A program made the position numbers and the translations under genes. A stretch of 64,000 nt of DNA. It comes from Cladosporium halotolerans (lineage: Eukaryota). The DNA is taken from assembly GCF_011745625.1 (NCBI RefSeq), contig NW_027191457.1, forward strand, positions 620,001-684,000, given 5' to 3'. Under the pieces are notes generated by a model. That model did no database searches and was not told the origin of the DNA. It saw nothing but the letters and a program-made list of their open reading frames with translations. Of this stretch, positions 1 through 15,071 are shown piece after piece. Each line of letters opens with the position of its first letter. Position 1 is the stretch's first letter.

Positions 1-1
1 C

Positions 2-601
2 CACAACCACGCAATCACTCTGCAGAACGCCGGCCAACCAGGCCCGCAGCACCAGCACCAGCAGAACAGCGTCGCCCAGCAGGCTCTGGCCCAAGCAAAC
101 GGCATGGCGACGCAGCTGACCGCCGCCCTGCAAACCAGCCAGCAAGACCCGCAAGCGCCCGTCCTGACCCCGGCGCAGCTGATGTCAATGTCCGCCCAGC
201 AACGCCAACTCCAAGCCGACCTCCACGCCCTGCAGAACGCCAACGCGCAGCGCAGCGCCGAAGCGTCGTCGCAGCACGCACCGGAACAGTCCTCAACACC
301 TCCAGTTCAACAACAACAACCTCCCCAACCCACCCCTCCCACCGCCCACCCGCCCCAACTCCAACCTCACAACCCCAACGCCGCCGCCGCTCACGTCCCC
401 GGCCCGCACCATCACCACCACCACCCCGCCGCCGCCGCTCCTGGAGTCCACCGCGAGAGCAGCAACCGCGTGTTCAAGCTGCAGTTCGACGCGCGCAGGA
501 TCGTCTGCTGCAGCCAGAACAGGGTTATCGTCGGCTGGGATTTCGCGAATGGAGATCCGGATTTGAAGAGGGTTGGGGCGTGGAGTGTGGAAACTTGTTG
601 A
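2..601 (+). CDS. 3' end of F-box/WD40 protein (beta-TrCP/FWD-1-like SCF substrate adaptor), 5'-truncated by window
   Basis: Frame open from nt 2. A Q/P/H-rich insert is followed by a terminal WD repeat 'RVFKLQFDARRIVCCSQNRVIVGWDF', typical of fungal FWD1/beta-TrCP C-termini. Confidence 0.75.
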   Translation, partial: HNHAITLQNAGQPGPQHQHQQNSVAQQALAQANGMATQLTAALQTSQQDPQAPVLTPAQLMSMSAQQRQLQADLHALQNANAQRSAEASSQHAPEQSSTPPVQQQQPPQPTPPTAHPPQLQPHNPNAAAAHVPGPHHHHHHPAAAAPGVHRESSNRVFKLQFDARRIVCCSQNRVIVGWDFANGDPDLKRVGAWSVETC

Positions 602-917
602 ATGTTTGATGGGTTCTGGTGAGGGTGGGGGCAAGGCCTTTGGAGGTCCTTTGAATGAAGGACTTGTGGAGACGGGGAGGTAGAGAGAGGAGCGTATTTT
701 CCAGCCTTCTTTGAGATTACTCACTCATGAATGGGAGCAAAGGCAGAGAGGAGGAGCGTATTTTGCATTGTCCGCTTTGCATAGCATGACCACCACTACA
801 CAGCATTGAAGCATCACGAAAGCCACCGAAATTCCCCTCCACGACGCGCCGAAGCAGTAGAAAAATATCTTATAATGTATCATTCACTCTCCAAAATTTC
901 AAAACGGCTCCCGAACC

Positions 918-1723
918 CTACACCTTCTTCCCATCCCTCTCCTCCAAAAACTCCACCAACCCCTCAACAGTAACGCAAACCAACCCCCACCTCCTCGCAA
1001 ACGCCAAACACCCATCCCGCCCCAGCATCCCCACACTACCCGCCAACTCCCCCTTCCCCTCCCCCCCCTCCCCCTCCTCAACCAACTCCGCAATGACCCC
1101 CACAGCCTCCTCCTCCCCCTCCCCCACCAACCGACAAAACTCCACTGCAGCCTCCGTATGTCCCGCCCTCTCCCTAACACCCCCCTCCCTAGCCTGCAGC
1201 GGCACCACGTGCCCCGGCCTCCTAAAATCCGCCCTTCCTCTAGATCCGTCCGCCAACCACCGGCACGTCAGCGCGCGGTCGTGCGCGCTGATCCCCGTGC
1301 TGACCTCCTCGCTCGCCGCGTCGACGGTGATCGTGTACGCCGTGCCCTTGGGGTCTTCGTTGCTCGCGACCATCTGCGGGAGGTCGAGGGCGCGCGCGCG
1401 CGCGGGCAGCAGCGGCGCGCAGAGGTAGCCGGACGTGTGGCGGACCATGAAGGCGGCGCGCGCGGCGGTCAGCGTGCGCGCGCGGATGATGAGGTCGCCT
1501 TCGTTTTCGCGCGAGGGCGAGTCGAGGACGACGAGGGGGTCGCCGCGGGCTGGAGTGGATGAATTGTCAGTTTTTGGGAATGTTGCGGGGGAGGAGAAAG
1601 CTGTGAAGAAACTTGGGTGAGCTGAGGAGGACAAGAGGACGTACCGAAGGCTTCGATTGCTTCGGGGATGGTGTTGAAGGCGGGTTTGGCGGTGCCGTTG
1701 GGCTGCTGGAGGTCGGGCGCCAT
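918..1723 (-). CDS. RIB3: 3,4-dihydroxy-2-butanone 4-phosphate synthase (riboflavin biosynthesis); exons 1723-1645, 1549-918
   Basis: Motifs RENEGDL, TGISAHDRALT, FRRPGHVVPL and GHTEAAV. GTACGT...CTGAC...CAG intron at 1644-1550 joins MAPDL...IEAF to ARGDPLVV in frame. Confidence 0.95.
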
Positions 1724-2861
1724 GGTGGTTGGCTGGCGGGCGTGTGGGCGCGCGCGACAGGTGGGTTGTTCTCTTTCTTGTACGATGTATCCTCTTCTGA
1801 TATGTTTTTCTAAAGGGTATCACGCGCTCAGTCTTTTAGCGGGCCAAAGGATGGCGTCGTTCGGCGGAAGAAGCACTCGGCGTGGGATATCCGCTCGACG
1901 GAAGATGCACCAGCAGGGCGGCGATTGTTCGGTCGGTTGTTGCTAGTAAAAAGCAGTGAACAGCGAATGTAATCCTCCAACAGTATCGCAAGCTCCTTCA
2001 AGCAGAAGTTGTAAGTGAGATCAATTGGTAAGACAGGCAGCGCTCAGACCTCGCTCGCGAGCATTGATGACTGGACTTTTGGGCCGAGATCGTCCACTCC
2101 CGGCAGCTGGCGGGGCATTGCAAACAGTGGGGGGCTTTTTGGCAGCGGAAAGTTTCCCTGCAGATGCGATGCCGCGGCTGTGACGTGATTTTATTTGATT
2201 AAGCACGCGCGAGAGATTCATAGCCGATTAATTAGCAATCAATTTTGATCTTGATGGAAGATCTAGAATAGCCCTATCGTTACTACCTGCATACGTGGAT
2301 TGAAAAGGGTACAGGCACGCAGTACGCAGTGGCCTCGAGGTGAAATAGACAAAAGAACTGCAAACCAAAGAATTTTATTAATCGTGATCATAGTGGGTCG
2401 TGCTGTTCTACCATCTTTCCCAAAGTCATCGCTTTTCCTGTACCCACCCAGCATAATTACCGAGTTTTCGAACGTATCCTGTTCGAATGCTGACCTCGGT
2501 GCCGGCTCAAAAAGAAAGAAAGAAAAAGTGTAAGGGCATGCGCAAACCAAGTGAGCCGAGGCATTGCAAGCCGAAGCCATCGTCGGGTCACCTGGGTCAC
2601 CTCGGCATCGCATCGTCAACAGTGTTGTTTTGCTGAACAGTCGTCGAATCATGGAATCCATGTTCAAGAGTTGGATGTATGAAGGTTTAGTAGAATCTGT
2701 TTCGCCGGGACCGACTTTTCACACTCGTCCAGATGGGTCGCGTGGCCGGAGACGGAAGAATACGTCGTGGGTTGTCCAGAAGGCGTGAGCTACTAATAAG
2801 GCAGTTGGTCGTATCAAGGCAGGTCGAGCATCGGAGAGAATTCGATCAAGCGGTCCCTTCA

Positions 2862-4325
2862 TCACCTGGTGATCGGCAATCGTTGCGCATCGTTACTAAA
2901 AAGCTGTCTCCGAGCATAGGCGAGCTGTTCAGAATCGCAGAATCGTAAGCCTCACAGAAAAAAAATATACCGCACAAACCCACAGCGTAATCACGGCTCG
3001 GCCATGTTCAAGCCTCTCTCCTGAAAGTACTTGAAAGACACGTGGCCGCCGCAGTGGAAGTATGAGAAACTCACCTCGTCAAGGCTCTTGGCCAGGTTGG
3101 AATTCTTCTCCACCACCCTGCGGATCTCTTCGCAGACGTTGCCCTCCAGCACCACCTCGCACTGCCGTGGCAGCCAGCGAAGGATGTCGAAGGCGTTGGC
3201 GTACACGGTCGTGTTGCCGCTGGTGCTGCTGCCCTCAGCGCCGGGGAGGACGAAGGGCGTGTGGATGATGAAGCGTTGCAGGCGCCAGCAGTAACGCAGC
3301 GAGAGGCGAACGACCTCGGCGAAGCGCTCGAGGATTTCATTGTGCGTGGGGATCGTGACGCGGAGGTACTTGATTTGCCCACGGGAGCGCTGATGCAAAG
3401 CAGCTAAGGTTGGTTGGGCGGTGTCGAGGTCGAGCTGGAAGCTGTTCTCGCCGTAAAGGATGGCGCGCGCTTCTTTATAGACCAGTTTGCTGGTGCGGAG
3501 AAGGTTGACGGAGAGCGGATCGACGTCTTGCGGGCGAGGGGCCCGAGGTGTAGCTGGGGCAACGGGAGTAACGCGGCGCCCACGCATGGGACTGTTGACA
3601 CGGGCATTCGTGGGAAGGCGAACACGCCTCATAGGCGCAGGTGCTGCAGTGTCAGTGGTTGAATCGTCAGTGTTAGCCAAGGCGCTCGCGCTCGCCATTC
3701 GCTGAAGATTATTGTTGCGAGTCGTAGATCGGAGGGTGCGTGTACCGCTGGAAGGAGGCAAGGGTGCTGCAACTCCAGTATTCGAAGGACCCTCGTTTGC
3801 TTGCAGTGTGGATATAAGATCAGACTGCAACGTGGATAGCGCATGTGGCGCAGAGGCAGGAAGATGTGCGTCCATGTGAGCATCGACCAGAGCACCCACT
3901 TCATCCTCTCTTTCCGCCGTGAACATCGCATCTTCTCCCTCGCCTCTCCCCAGATCCTTCTCAACCTCGACCGCCTTCACTTCCCTGGAGAGCAAAATGT
4001 CAAATGGCCTAGTCAGGCAAGCCCGGTATATCTCAATGCGAATTTCCGGCGGCATGTCCATGAGCCGGAAAGGCTTCTCGTCCTTGTCCGTGATTGGGCA
4101 CAATCCGTCCACGTTCGACTCCTGCGAGTTTTGATCTTGACCATCCGTTGTCTTCTCATATTCCACCCTCTGCATATCCTCACTCTCCCTCTCCCTCTCA
4201 GCGCCGCCCTCCGCCATCCGAGACCTCTTAGACCCACTTCTCAACGAGCCAGCACAAGTATTCTCCCTTCCTCTCTTTTCGCCTCTCGTAGAAGATGCGC
4301 CGCTCGTATCCATCTGGCGCGCCAT
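2862..4325 (-). CDS. Conserved fungal hypothetical protein with F-box-like motif; exons 4325-3075, 2924-2862
   Basis: 'FRLMDMPPEIRIEIYRACL' and 'LLRTSKLVYKEARAILYGENSF' motifs. GTGAGT intron 3074-2925 leads to terminal exon LAYARRQLFSNDAQRLPITR*. Confidence 0.7.
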
Positions 4326-7059
4326 GTTGCGTAACCCAACAAGAAAAAAAGGTACTCTCCAGAAACCTTTTCGCTCAGGCGCAATGGTCCCTCACTCGAA
4401 GCCCGAGTCGCAGAAACGCGCCGAACCCAGTCGTCGAAATCCGTCGAGTGTGTCGAGTACCGCCGGGTCCAGAGACATACGACGCGCAAACCGCAAACGC
4501 CTTTTCTGCTGACTGTACCACTCTCGAGTTCCCAGCGTAGGACAAGGCAGCAACCAGCAAAACCCCACGCCCCGGTCGCGCCACACGCACAGATCGCGAT
4601 GCGCGCCCGTGGCACGTAGGGCGGGGCAAAGGTACCGAGATCTTTGTCGAGGGATGATAGGGTGCGGTTCCGCGGCGGGAGCAGTTGTGGATCGGAAGGT
4701 GCTGTAGCTATGCCGGACTCGGATGAGGATACTGCAGACTGAAGATACTGCGCCGGCTCGGGCCCAAAAGGCGCGCGCTCGAGATGTGAAGGTCGGGTGG
4801 TGGGATGCGAACAAGCAAACAAGCGAGTCGCGGCGCCCGCTCGGCCGGGGCGTTGTTTGTCTCGGTGGGGGAGCGCGTCATGGCATCGCGGGGCGGGCGC
4901 CCCGGCCCGTCCGCTTTCCCGCTTGAAGTCCCGAGTTCACAGACTCCAAGTCACAAGCGCGTGCTGTGACAGGGAGGAGATCCGTGCAACAGCACGTCCA
5001 AGCGCTCTCGGGGAGCTGCGGGACACCGTTGGAGGTCTGGGTACGGCAGAGGGAAAGTATATTTCTTACTCGTGTGGTGGAGAGCGTTCGTATTGTGAGG
5101 CGGTGAGGGGGATCGGTGATTCCAAGTCTACGACAAGCACCATTAGGATCTCATCATGTGTAATCAGGGAATCAGATAGTTTGACGCAGCACGGTACGCT
5201 CGCTGATAAGCAGCAGCACTGTACGTCCACCAACACCAGCACCCCGGTACATTACCACAAGCCCAGCGCAGGAACGCCGGACCCTGCAGTAGTCACATGT
5301 ATGATGTCGGCCGTCTAGAACACAAGTCCTACCGACCCAACATCGACAGGCGCTCTGACCAAAACACGTTTGACCCCCTCTCACATTTCCCCTTGGACCA
5401 GACCAGACCCGATCGTCACTCCCATCCACGTCATTCCCCCTCCCAGCCAAGGACCAAGCGACCCATCAACATCCACAACCACCACCCGCTCCCAAGCCGA
5501 AACCGTCCTCACGGAACACAGCGGACCGCCGTACCATCTCGACCCCTTTTACCAGCGCTGTGGGTCCACGACTCGTTCAGCGCCTTTACGTAACCGGTCC
5601 TTCAGAGGGACATGACATGCTTGCGTGAATGACAGTGACAGGAGACGCGTTCTGCGGACGATGAAATCAGAGGAGAGGAATTGAAGGAAGAAACGATAGT
5701 ATTCGCAGAACATAAATTCCAGACCCCGAGAAACCAAGCGAGCCCTCCCCATCTATCTAGCTAGCAGCCGTACCTCAGCCACAGCAATGAAAACTCCATC
5801 TCCACGAAAAGTAGTAAAGACCCATACTCCCATCACACACACACGCACAAGAAAAAGACAACATCAGATTCAGCAATTCACAACGAACACATTCTCCTCA
5901 CACCCCCTGGCAAAATCCCGTCCCATCCCATCCCATCCCATCCCCCTTCGTCAGAAGATTACTATGCACACGTGTGATCCATTCTCCCAGTCCGCCAGCC
6001 CGACCACGCGGAGCCGAAATCCCCCATTCCTCATTTCCCTTCCTGTCCGTTCCCACATCCGCGCCCGGACAGTCCGTCCGTTCATTGCATCCCGTCCAAT
6101 CCATACAATTACCTCCCCATCCCCTTCAGGTCGAGTCCGAAGAAAAAAAGAGCCGAGAAGAGGGCAAAAGGAGAGAAGGGAAAGCGATGAGATCAGAAAA
6201 GAAGATATAGTACAATCCCGCCCGTACCTAAGCAGCGACCACGCACCAGGCAGCCCAGCGCCCGTTCCCATCACCAGAGTCAAGGCGCGAGAGAGCCAGA
6301 GAATCAAGCCACTTGGGATGAGAAAGCCGGAGCCAGGGGCCAATTTCTCCTTTCTTGTTTTTTGAACGAGTGGTAGTGTTGGTGCATTAGTCGGAGTATG
6401 TAGTAAGGTAATAGTAGGTAGTAGTAGGTAGTATTAAGAGCCATTTCCCGAGCCGCGAGCCCGACAGGAAGTCCCGAGTCCTTTTTCTTCTTTGTTTTTC
6501 GACGCGCAAAAAAAGGCCCCAAGGCCGCCGCCCAATCCGTGAAGAGTTTCCCGTCCGTCCGTCCGTCCCCGTCCGGCCAGTAGTGGTGGTAGTATTGATG
6601 ACAAAGGAGAAGAGTTGGAGTTTTTTGATTGACCGGCGAGCTTGTCTGCCCGCTTTTGATTAGAGGGGACGCGACAGCCGCCGGTCGGAAAGCGAAAGCA
6701 GAACACAAAAGTACAAGAGGCGTGAAAAGGAAGAAGAGAGAAAACAGGACGACGCGAGAGAATGAGAAAGAGAGAAAAGAGCCAAGCCGATGCAAGTTCG
6801 AACGCCTAGAACGCTCGGCCAGCCAGTCCAGTCCAGTCTGGAGTGGTGACCTTCGGGGGTATATCCGGTGATTTCTTCTGCCTGTAGAACTCCACCGCCG
6901 TTGTGAAGGAAGGAAAAAGATAGCATTGTGTATCCGCAAGCGAGCTGCTTTGTTTGGCCGCGCTTGGAGCTTTTCCGACAAAGCTCAGGTTTCGTCTTCT
7001 GCTTCGGCTACAGCTGCACTGTCACCGGTGTCACAGGGGTTTTCAGCGTCTTCCTCCTC

Positions 7060-8646
<1,587 letters not shown>

Positions 8647-9360
8647 CTCTTCGAGCGGCGAGTCCCTCCTCTTGTCAGACTGCGAGAGCAGGAGGCGGCC
8701 GACAGACGGCAGCGACATGTAACCGCGGACGGGTGCGTTCGCCTGTCTCTGCACGTGTGGAACAGCAAGCAAATGCGCGGCACACGGAGGATTACTGACT
8801 GGGCAGAGGATTCCGCGACGGCGAGTGGGAGCGCTGGCGGGACGGCCAGACGACGCGACGCGGATGCTGCTGGGCCTCGACGAGGCGGGCAGGCGGGTGT
8901 GTTTGTGAGGCGTGGGTGTAGGGCGGGCGTACAGCACGCGTGGGCCCGGTCGCGGGTAGTGGGAGGTGGTCTGTTCCGGCGGGAGGTCGTGCGTCGGCGT
9001 GCGAAGGGTCACAGCGCAGACGGAAGGGCGACGGCGCTGCGGCGAGGGCGGAGTCAGCGGTGATGGCGGGAAGGAGCGTGGTGATGGCTGCGGTGATGGG
9101 AGGCGTGCGGCGTGCGAGGTGCGGTGCGGTGAGGCGGCGGAGAAAAAATGAACGAGGGACGACGCACACCGACGGGGCGGCGCGGCAAGGTGGTGGTGGA
9201 CGGGGAAGCGAGTAGTGGGAGTGGGAGGAGTGTGCGTGCGCGGTGGGAGAGGGAGTCGGGAGAGGGCGTGTGCGCAGGCGGCGTTTGGCGCGAAGTCGGA
9301 CTCGACTTTGATGCAGAGGAAAAGGAGGTGGAGCGGGCGGGCGGGCGCCGGGCAGGCAGG

Positions 9361-9388
9361 CGCAACGCACAACGCACAACGCACAACG
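9361..9388. repeat. Heptamer tandem repeat (CAACGCA)x~4
   Basis: cgcaacgcacaacgcacaacgcacaacg seen directly, upstream of the C2H2 gene. Confidence 0.8.
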
Positions 9389-12300
9389 CGCGTTGCAGCG
9401 CAGCGTGGGGGCGCGGCGCGGCGGCCTCAGTCACGTACCTGGTGGGCGCTCACGGCGGCGCGGAGGGTGCGGGCGGTGTGCGAGGCCTCTGCTGAGGGCG
9501 GCGTGGGCTACGCGTTGGTGCTGCAGGAAACAAAAAAGTCGGTTGGCGTTGGATGCGCGTTGCAGGGTGCCCCGTGCTGGCCTTTTGGGAGACGGGCAGC
9601 GTCTGTCTGCCAAGCAATCGGCGGGTGGCTCTCCCTATCGGAAAGCTCCGGCCCGGCACTAGTCCGCTTGTGCGCTAGCGATGAAACGACTCGCGCGAGG
9701 GTCTCTGTCCAAGAATAGGATGGAGAGCCTGTAATGCAACAAGCCGCGACTGCGATTCGGCGCCAGCGAGCGGCGGCGACAGACGCCAGATACCCGGTGG
9801 CTGCGTTGCGAGTGACGGAGAGGTTCGTCTCCGTGCGCGGCGTGTCGGTGGGCAGGCGTTCTCGCTGCTCTAAGCAATCTAGTCCTGTCCTTTCAGCGCG
9901 GTGATGGCGGAAGGCAGGATCGATGGCGTCGATGCTGCGGTCGATCGTGGTAGTGATTAGATGGTCGGATAAGCGCGGGTATCGAGGTCGGGTCGCTCAG
10001 ATCGAAAAGGAGACGGAAACTGTCTCGTCGAGGGTGAATGCTGGTTGTGAAAAACAATCAATCTCAGCAAGCCTTTCACGCTTGACTAACAGTATCCAGT
10101 CGTCGCCGGTCCTACTTCGCGGATGCAGTTCCGTCCAGCGGTCTCCTGCTGTCGATTTTCGCGCAAAGTGGATGCGCGGTGATCAGAAAAGTCTCGGGGG
10201 TGAAGCCCAAAACCAAACTCTCGGCGAGCAAAGGAAAATCCGCGCGCAGTAGTGTCGGTCGCGTTTCTTCCCCGGTGGCTAGTAGCAAAAAATAAAAAGT
10301 GCGTCGTGCTTGTAGTAGTAGTTGGTAGCTGGTAGTTGCTGTGAAAGGAACGTGCTTGGTTCAAAGGAGCGTGGTATGGTCGATTAAGGATAGTAGTGAG
10401 ATGCCGACCAGATCGGAGAGAGCAAGGAGCGCACAAAAAGCACTGCACACACAGAAAAGGGAATCCAGGGAAACAGAGGGCGCAGATCGCACCGGCCGAG
10501 CGTGCTCGCTGCCACCTATCTATACCTATACTCGGCCGCCACATAACGTCAACGGCGAAATTGCCCACTGCGCCAGCCTCTTTTCATAGGTACCCTCCTC
10601 CCTCCTCCCACGCTCCTCCCCCAAAGGTGCGGCGGCCAGGCAAAGGCTCGCTTCGCGCACACGCCTGCTCGCTCACGAAGGCGAGGCACGGGAGGGCTGG
10701 CGGCGGAGTAGCGACAAGGGTTCGAACATCTGCCCGGGTCGCTTAGGTGGTTAGGGCAGCGCTTCTTTCACCGCCACGGAGCCGGACGTGTGTCCTTGCC
10801 GCAGAATGCCTGCAGCCTTGCGGCGGGCGATTGCTGGCGCTGCGCTGACGTCTGGCGGCGCGAGGCCTGCGAGGCCTGCGAGTCAGGGCTGCAATTTCGC
10901 CGCCCCTAGCCTCTGGCACCCATGTTTCACCAGGGGAAGCTGGCGGCGGCGTCAAACGGCTGGCTTGTGTAGGAAGACAAGACGCTGACGCGTGGCACAC
11001 TGGCAGCCGTGGAGATGCGCCGATAGGCCGACGGGTTCGAAATGCTGCCATCTGGCTGCGTGTCTACCTCATTCTTGCTGTCGTACAGGAGCGCGCGGTG
11101 GCAGTACATGACAGCTCCCCGAGCTCCAGGCGATCACAGCAGATCATCGTAAACGCGAAACCATGCATTGCCGGGCGGCCAATCGGCGGATTGATCAGAC
11201 AGGCAAGCCCCCCATCCCACGCTGCAGCCGCCAGGGCACAGGCGCAAGCCCAGGAATCCTGCCGTGTGCCTGAGGCGGGCGTCTTGACCACATCTTAATC
11301 CTCCCGCCCTCGAGAGCAAGTCCCGCCAGCGCTTCGTGCGCGTCTGTCAGACTGATCTGTCGGGACAGCATCGTCGTCGTCGTCGTCTTCGCTTACCGCA
11401 CCAGCCTCTCTGCTCCCACCCGCCGTTCCCTCACTATGACGTCCCCGCCCGGCATCTGCCACACGTGCGCCGGGAGTCATCAGCACTCAGAGACGCTGGT
11501 GCGGCACGAGCTTCACCTGGGCTCCCTCCCTCCCTCGCACCGTCCGCGGGCCCCATAGGCGCAGAGCCGCAACATACGCCAAGCCCCTCCTCGCGCGCCC
11601 CCTTCCTCATCTCTCCTGTCCGCCGTGGCTGCGAAGCGTGTCGCGTGTGCCTCTCCGTCGTTGCAACAGCCGTTGGATGAAGAAACGAGCTCGCCGCGGC
11701 CGGCGCTCACTGGCGTCCGGTACCTGTAATCAAGTAGTCAGCACACCCTCCGTCCGCCGTCATGACAGAGCGGCCCTGTGCACTCGGCGCCCGAGCCCCT
11801 CCGATCACTCGAGCGCTGTCCAGCCCGCGCGCTGCGGCCTCCTGTCAGCCAGGCTGTCACGGCAGCACGGCGTTCTGGAAGGCTTCCAGAAGACGGGAGA
11901 CAGGACACGGCACACACGTCCTGGGCCGGTCTGTGTCGCCACCGCGCGATCCGGAGATCGAGAGGCCAGAGCGGCGCGGGATCGCGAAGCAGACTTGTTC
12001 CTCGTAGGACCTGAAACACAAGGCTACGGAGGGACGTCGCTTTGGAGTACGGCTATACGAGCGGGCGCGGGCGAGATCTCGACGCCGGCGTGAAGTGTAT
12101 CTCGATAACGGCTTTCTCGGAGCGCGATGCTTCATTTCCATGCTTTTGGCCGAGTAGTTTCCGTGATGGGTGCCCGAGATGATGACCAAGCTAGGGTAGG
12201 TAGTGGCTGACGAAGTGCATGGGTGGATACGCAGCAGATCTTGCCGCCACTTGATGTTTGATGCGTTTTCAGCGCTTCTGTCTGGAACGATGTGTGTGGG

Positions 12301-12543
12301 AGTGTAACGATTCAGCCCAAGTGGCCTACGAAGACAGTGGTGACGAGTGTTTGCATTCAAGCAGGCTAATTAGCGACAGTTGACCGTCGGTGCCACACTT
12401 TTGCTATCAAACATTGAACAGCTTGCCAGGCTTTCCAACCTGATCAGGAGAAGGTGAGAACATTGATCTGTCCTTTCCTGGTCGAGACTCCACCTCTTCC
12501 TTCGCCGCCGCGGTGGTTGCGGCGTTGACTGGTAGGTATCACA

Positions 12544-14580
12544 TCACTCGTACAGGATTTGATCAACACGCTCACGCCTCTGCGGTGTCGCGGGCGTCAG
12601 TACCTCAATCTCATCTTCCTCTTCCTCTTGATTTCCCTCATTAGCGACAGTGTCAGACAGCAGCAACTGGGCGCGCTGCTGGCGCTTCTCGTACATGACA
12701 GCATGAAGCTTGATAGCATCCAGCTCATTGGTTACCAACGTGATCGGATCGTTGAGGCCTCTTTTTGCAGCCCGACTCTTCATCTGCTCGAACGCTGCAG
12801 GGCCTTTCAAATGCACGTTCAGGTCTCCGCATGACCATTGCAAGCCATTCAGGAGACTGAAAGACATCAGTAGAGATCATGACAATTTCGTCGGAGGGAT
12901 CACTTACGCATGCTTAAGCTTGGCATGATCATCCAGCCCGACGGGTCCTTCGCTCTTTTGAATGAAAACGTGAGCAAAAAACTCCGCTTTCTCCTGCGAT
13001 CTCTCTTCCGGCTTGAGAGCCCAGCCCTGCACGATCTCGAACACAGCCCGAGAGAGCATGTCAACACTAGATGTGTGGTTCAATCCGAGGAAATAGACGG
13101 TCTCGCCAATCGCTTTAGCCACGCAGCTCGAGATCCGAATGTCAGCCTGCTTGAGGGTTTTGATAATGTCCGCTCCGGAGCTCTTGGCCGTGGCTAGCTG
13201 CTCGAGACGTAGCAGCTTCTTCAGAGTCTTGCTACTCTGGGCCAGCGAAGTGATGTCGGCAAGACCGAAGGTGCCGACCATGGCGGACGCGGGGACCTGA
13301 TACCAGATCAAGTGTTCGTGGGAACCCCTATACTGGAAGCCACCTTTGGTGAAAGGTCGCTTTTTCTTCAATTCTTCATAGAATGGTGGAACGTGGTATA
13401 TCGATTGCGGATCCAGTTTGGACGTGTCGATGACGCTAATTCGTGCCGAAGGCTCTGCTTTCTTGAGTGCCATGCGCAATACCCAGATGAGGAGGTTCGA
13501 CGTCGAGATTAAGGGGCTCGGTACGCCCGTTCGATCCATGCCAGCGTTATTCAAGTGCTGCGCGATGTCATTCCATTCGATGACATCGCACTTAGGCGGA
13601 ACTCTTGGTCCGACCAAGGCGCTGGCGAATCTGCCGCTGACGAATCCAATTTTGGAGTTGCTAGGAGCCTATTAGCATTAGCCACGAAGGAAGCTGATCA
13701 CTACTTACCGGCCGTGACTGCGGTCGTCCCAATACCTGAAAAGCAAGGCTGGCGGGTTCGGGTGCGCCGCCTCCTCGGACACATTTACAAGGGGCAACTG
13801 AGTCTCCGCGTACTCATCTGGCTTGAGCCAGATTGACTTACTGCCCTCCATGCGAACTAACAGCATGGTCGCACCGGGGCGGCCGCCGGAACGGTATTTT
13901 GTTGCCTTGGATCCTCTCTGCGGATCAGGTGCGTATGCGGTCTTGTGCTTCTTGATGCTGACTGGCGACGGAGGAATGACGACCACGGGGGAAGTGAGCC
14001 TGCGCTTCTTGGATCTGCTTGGAGTATATTCCTCATCATCATCGTCATGAAAGATCGATTGCCTTTTAGACACAACCTGGAAAAGGTCCTCATGGGCTTC
14101 CTCAATAGCTGGCGTGGTCGGCTTCGCAACTCCTCGCTTACGGGTGCTTGGCCCAGGTGTAGCATATCCACTAGATGGGAGCTGGCGGGGCCCGGTAGGC
14201 GTCACAGGCGCCGGACCCAGAGTGGCTCGACTGATGTCGCCCTGGTTCCGGATCTTGGTGATTTGCGCCTGAAGTCTCCTACGCAGATTAAGGTCTTCGT
14301 CCGACGAGCCATGACAGACTCTCTCCCAGGTTTTCTTCCAGGTCGACTTCTGTGTCTGCTTGCTTTCCGCATACTGGGCACTCAATTTACCCAGGTCGAG
14401 GCCGTGAGGGAAACCGCAAGCGGCCAATTCGTGCTCGAAGATCCTATTGAACAGACGAACACGTTCTGCGCATGGCAACGGATGCTCTGTCCACAGAATG
14501 TGAAGGACGACTCTTTGCTTATAGGTCCAGTTGTTTCTAGGCCCTGTAGGACGGCGAGGTGTGAGGGGATTCGGAGCCAT
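12544..14580 (-). CDS. Fungal hypothetical protein with candidate R-S-E type ADP-ribosyltransferase-like domain (DUF7587-like); exons 14580-13709, 13660-12908, 12856-12544
   Basis: Two GTAAGT introns (13708-13661, 12907-12857) join three ORFs in frame. Motifs LFRYW...SHGRNSKIGF...SPLISTS...HEHLIW, plus basic NLS-like SKKRRL. Confidence 0.75.
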
Positions 14581-15071
14581 TGAATTCACCAGAGAGTAAA
14601 GTGTGATCGTGTCCTGCGTGATTAGTGGAAGAAGTGAGAAGGTCCCGTGATATCGAACAAAGTGAGGTCAGAGAAATGAGGTTGAAGTCAAGAAAAGCGC
14701 AATTCAGCGCAGTCAATAAAGCAAGAAAGGAGCGCGGGTGAGGTGAGGTTAGACTGAGATGCAAAGCATGTCGAAGAGAGGCGAGCGGGGCCAAAAGTCA
14801 AATGGAAGGCGCGACCCACGCGCCCATGGCGACCTAGAGGCTCGTGCTCGTCGTTTGTACATGATTTTGCCATGTTGTAGTCGAAATGTCATTTGTCGTG
14901 ATGTTCCCCACGCGCTCTCGAGGTGGTCACATGCGATGGGCATCAACTTGAAGTCAGCATCGTGGGGCTTGGCCAGGATTAATGAGAAGAACCCTATCAT
15001 CGCAGTGAGATATCAATACAAGGAAGAAACCCTTTCGCGGTTCTAACCCACGATACGTGGCCAGCGATATC

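Noticed and set aside
5200..7050. ORFs of 100-225 aa downstream of the C2H2 gene
   Set aside because: Low-complexity purine/pyrimidine tracts consistent with a long 3' UTR or intergenic DNA. No domains.
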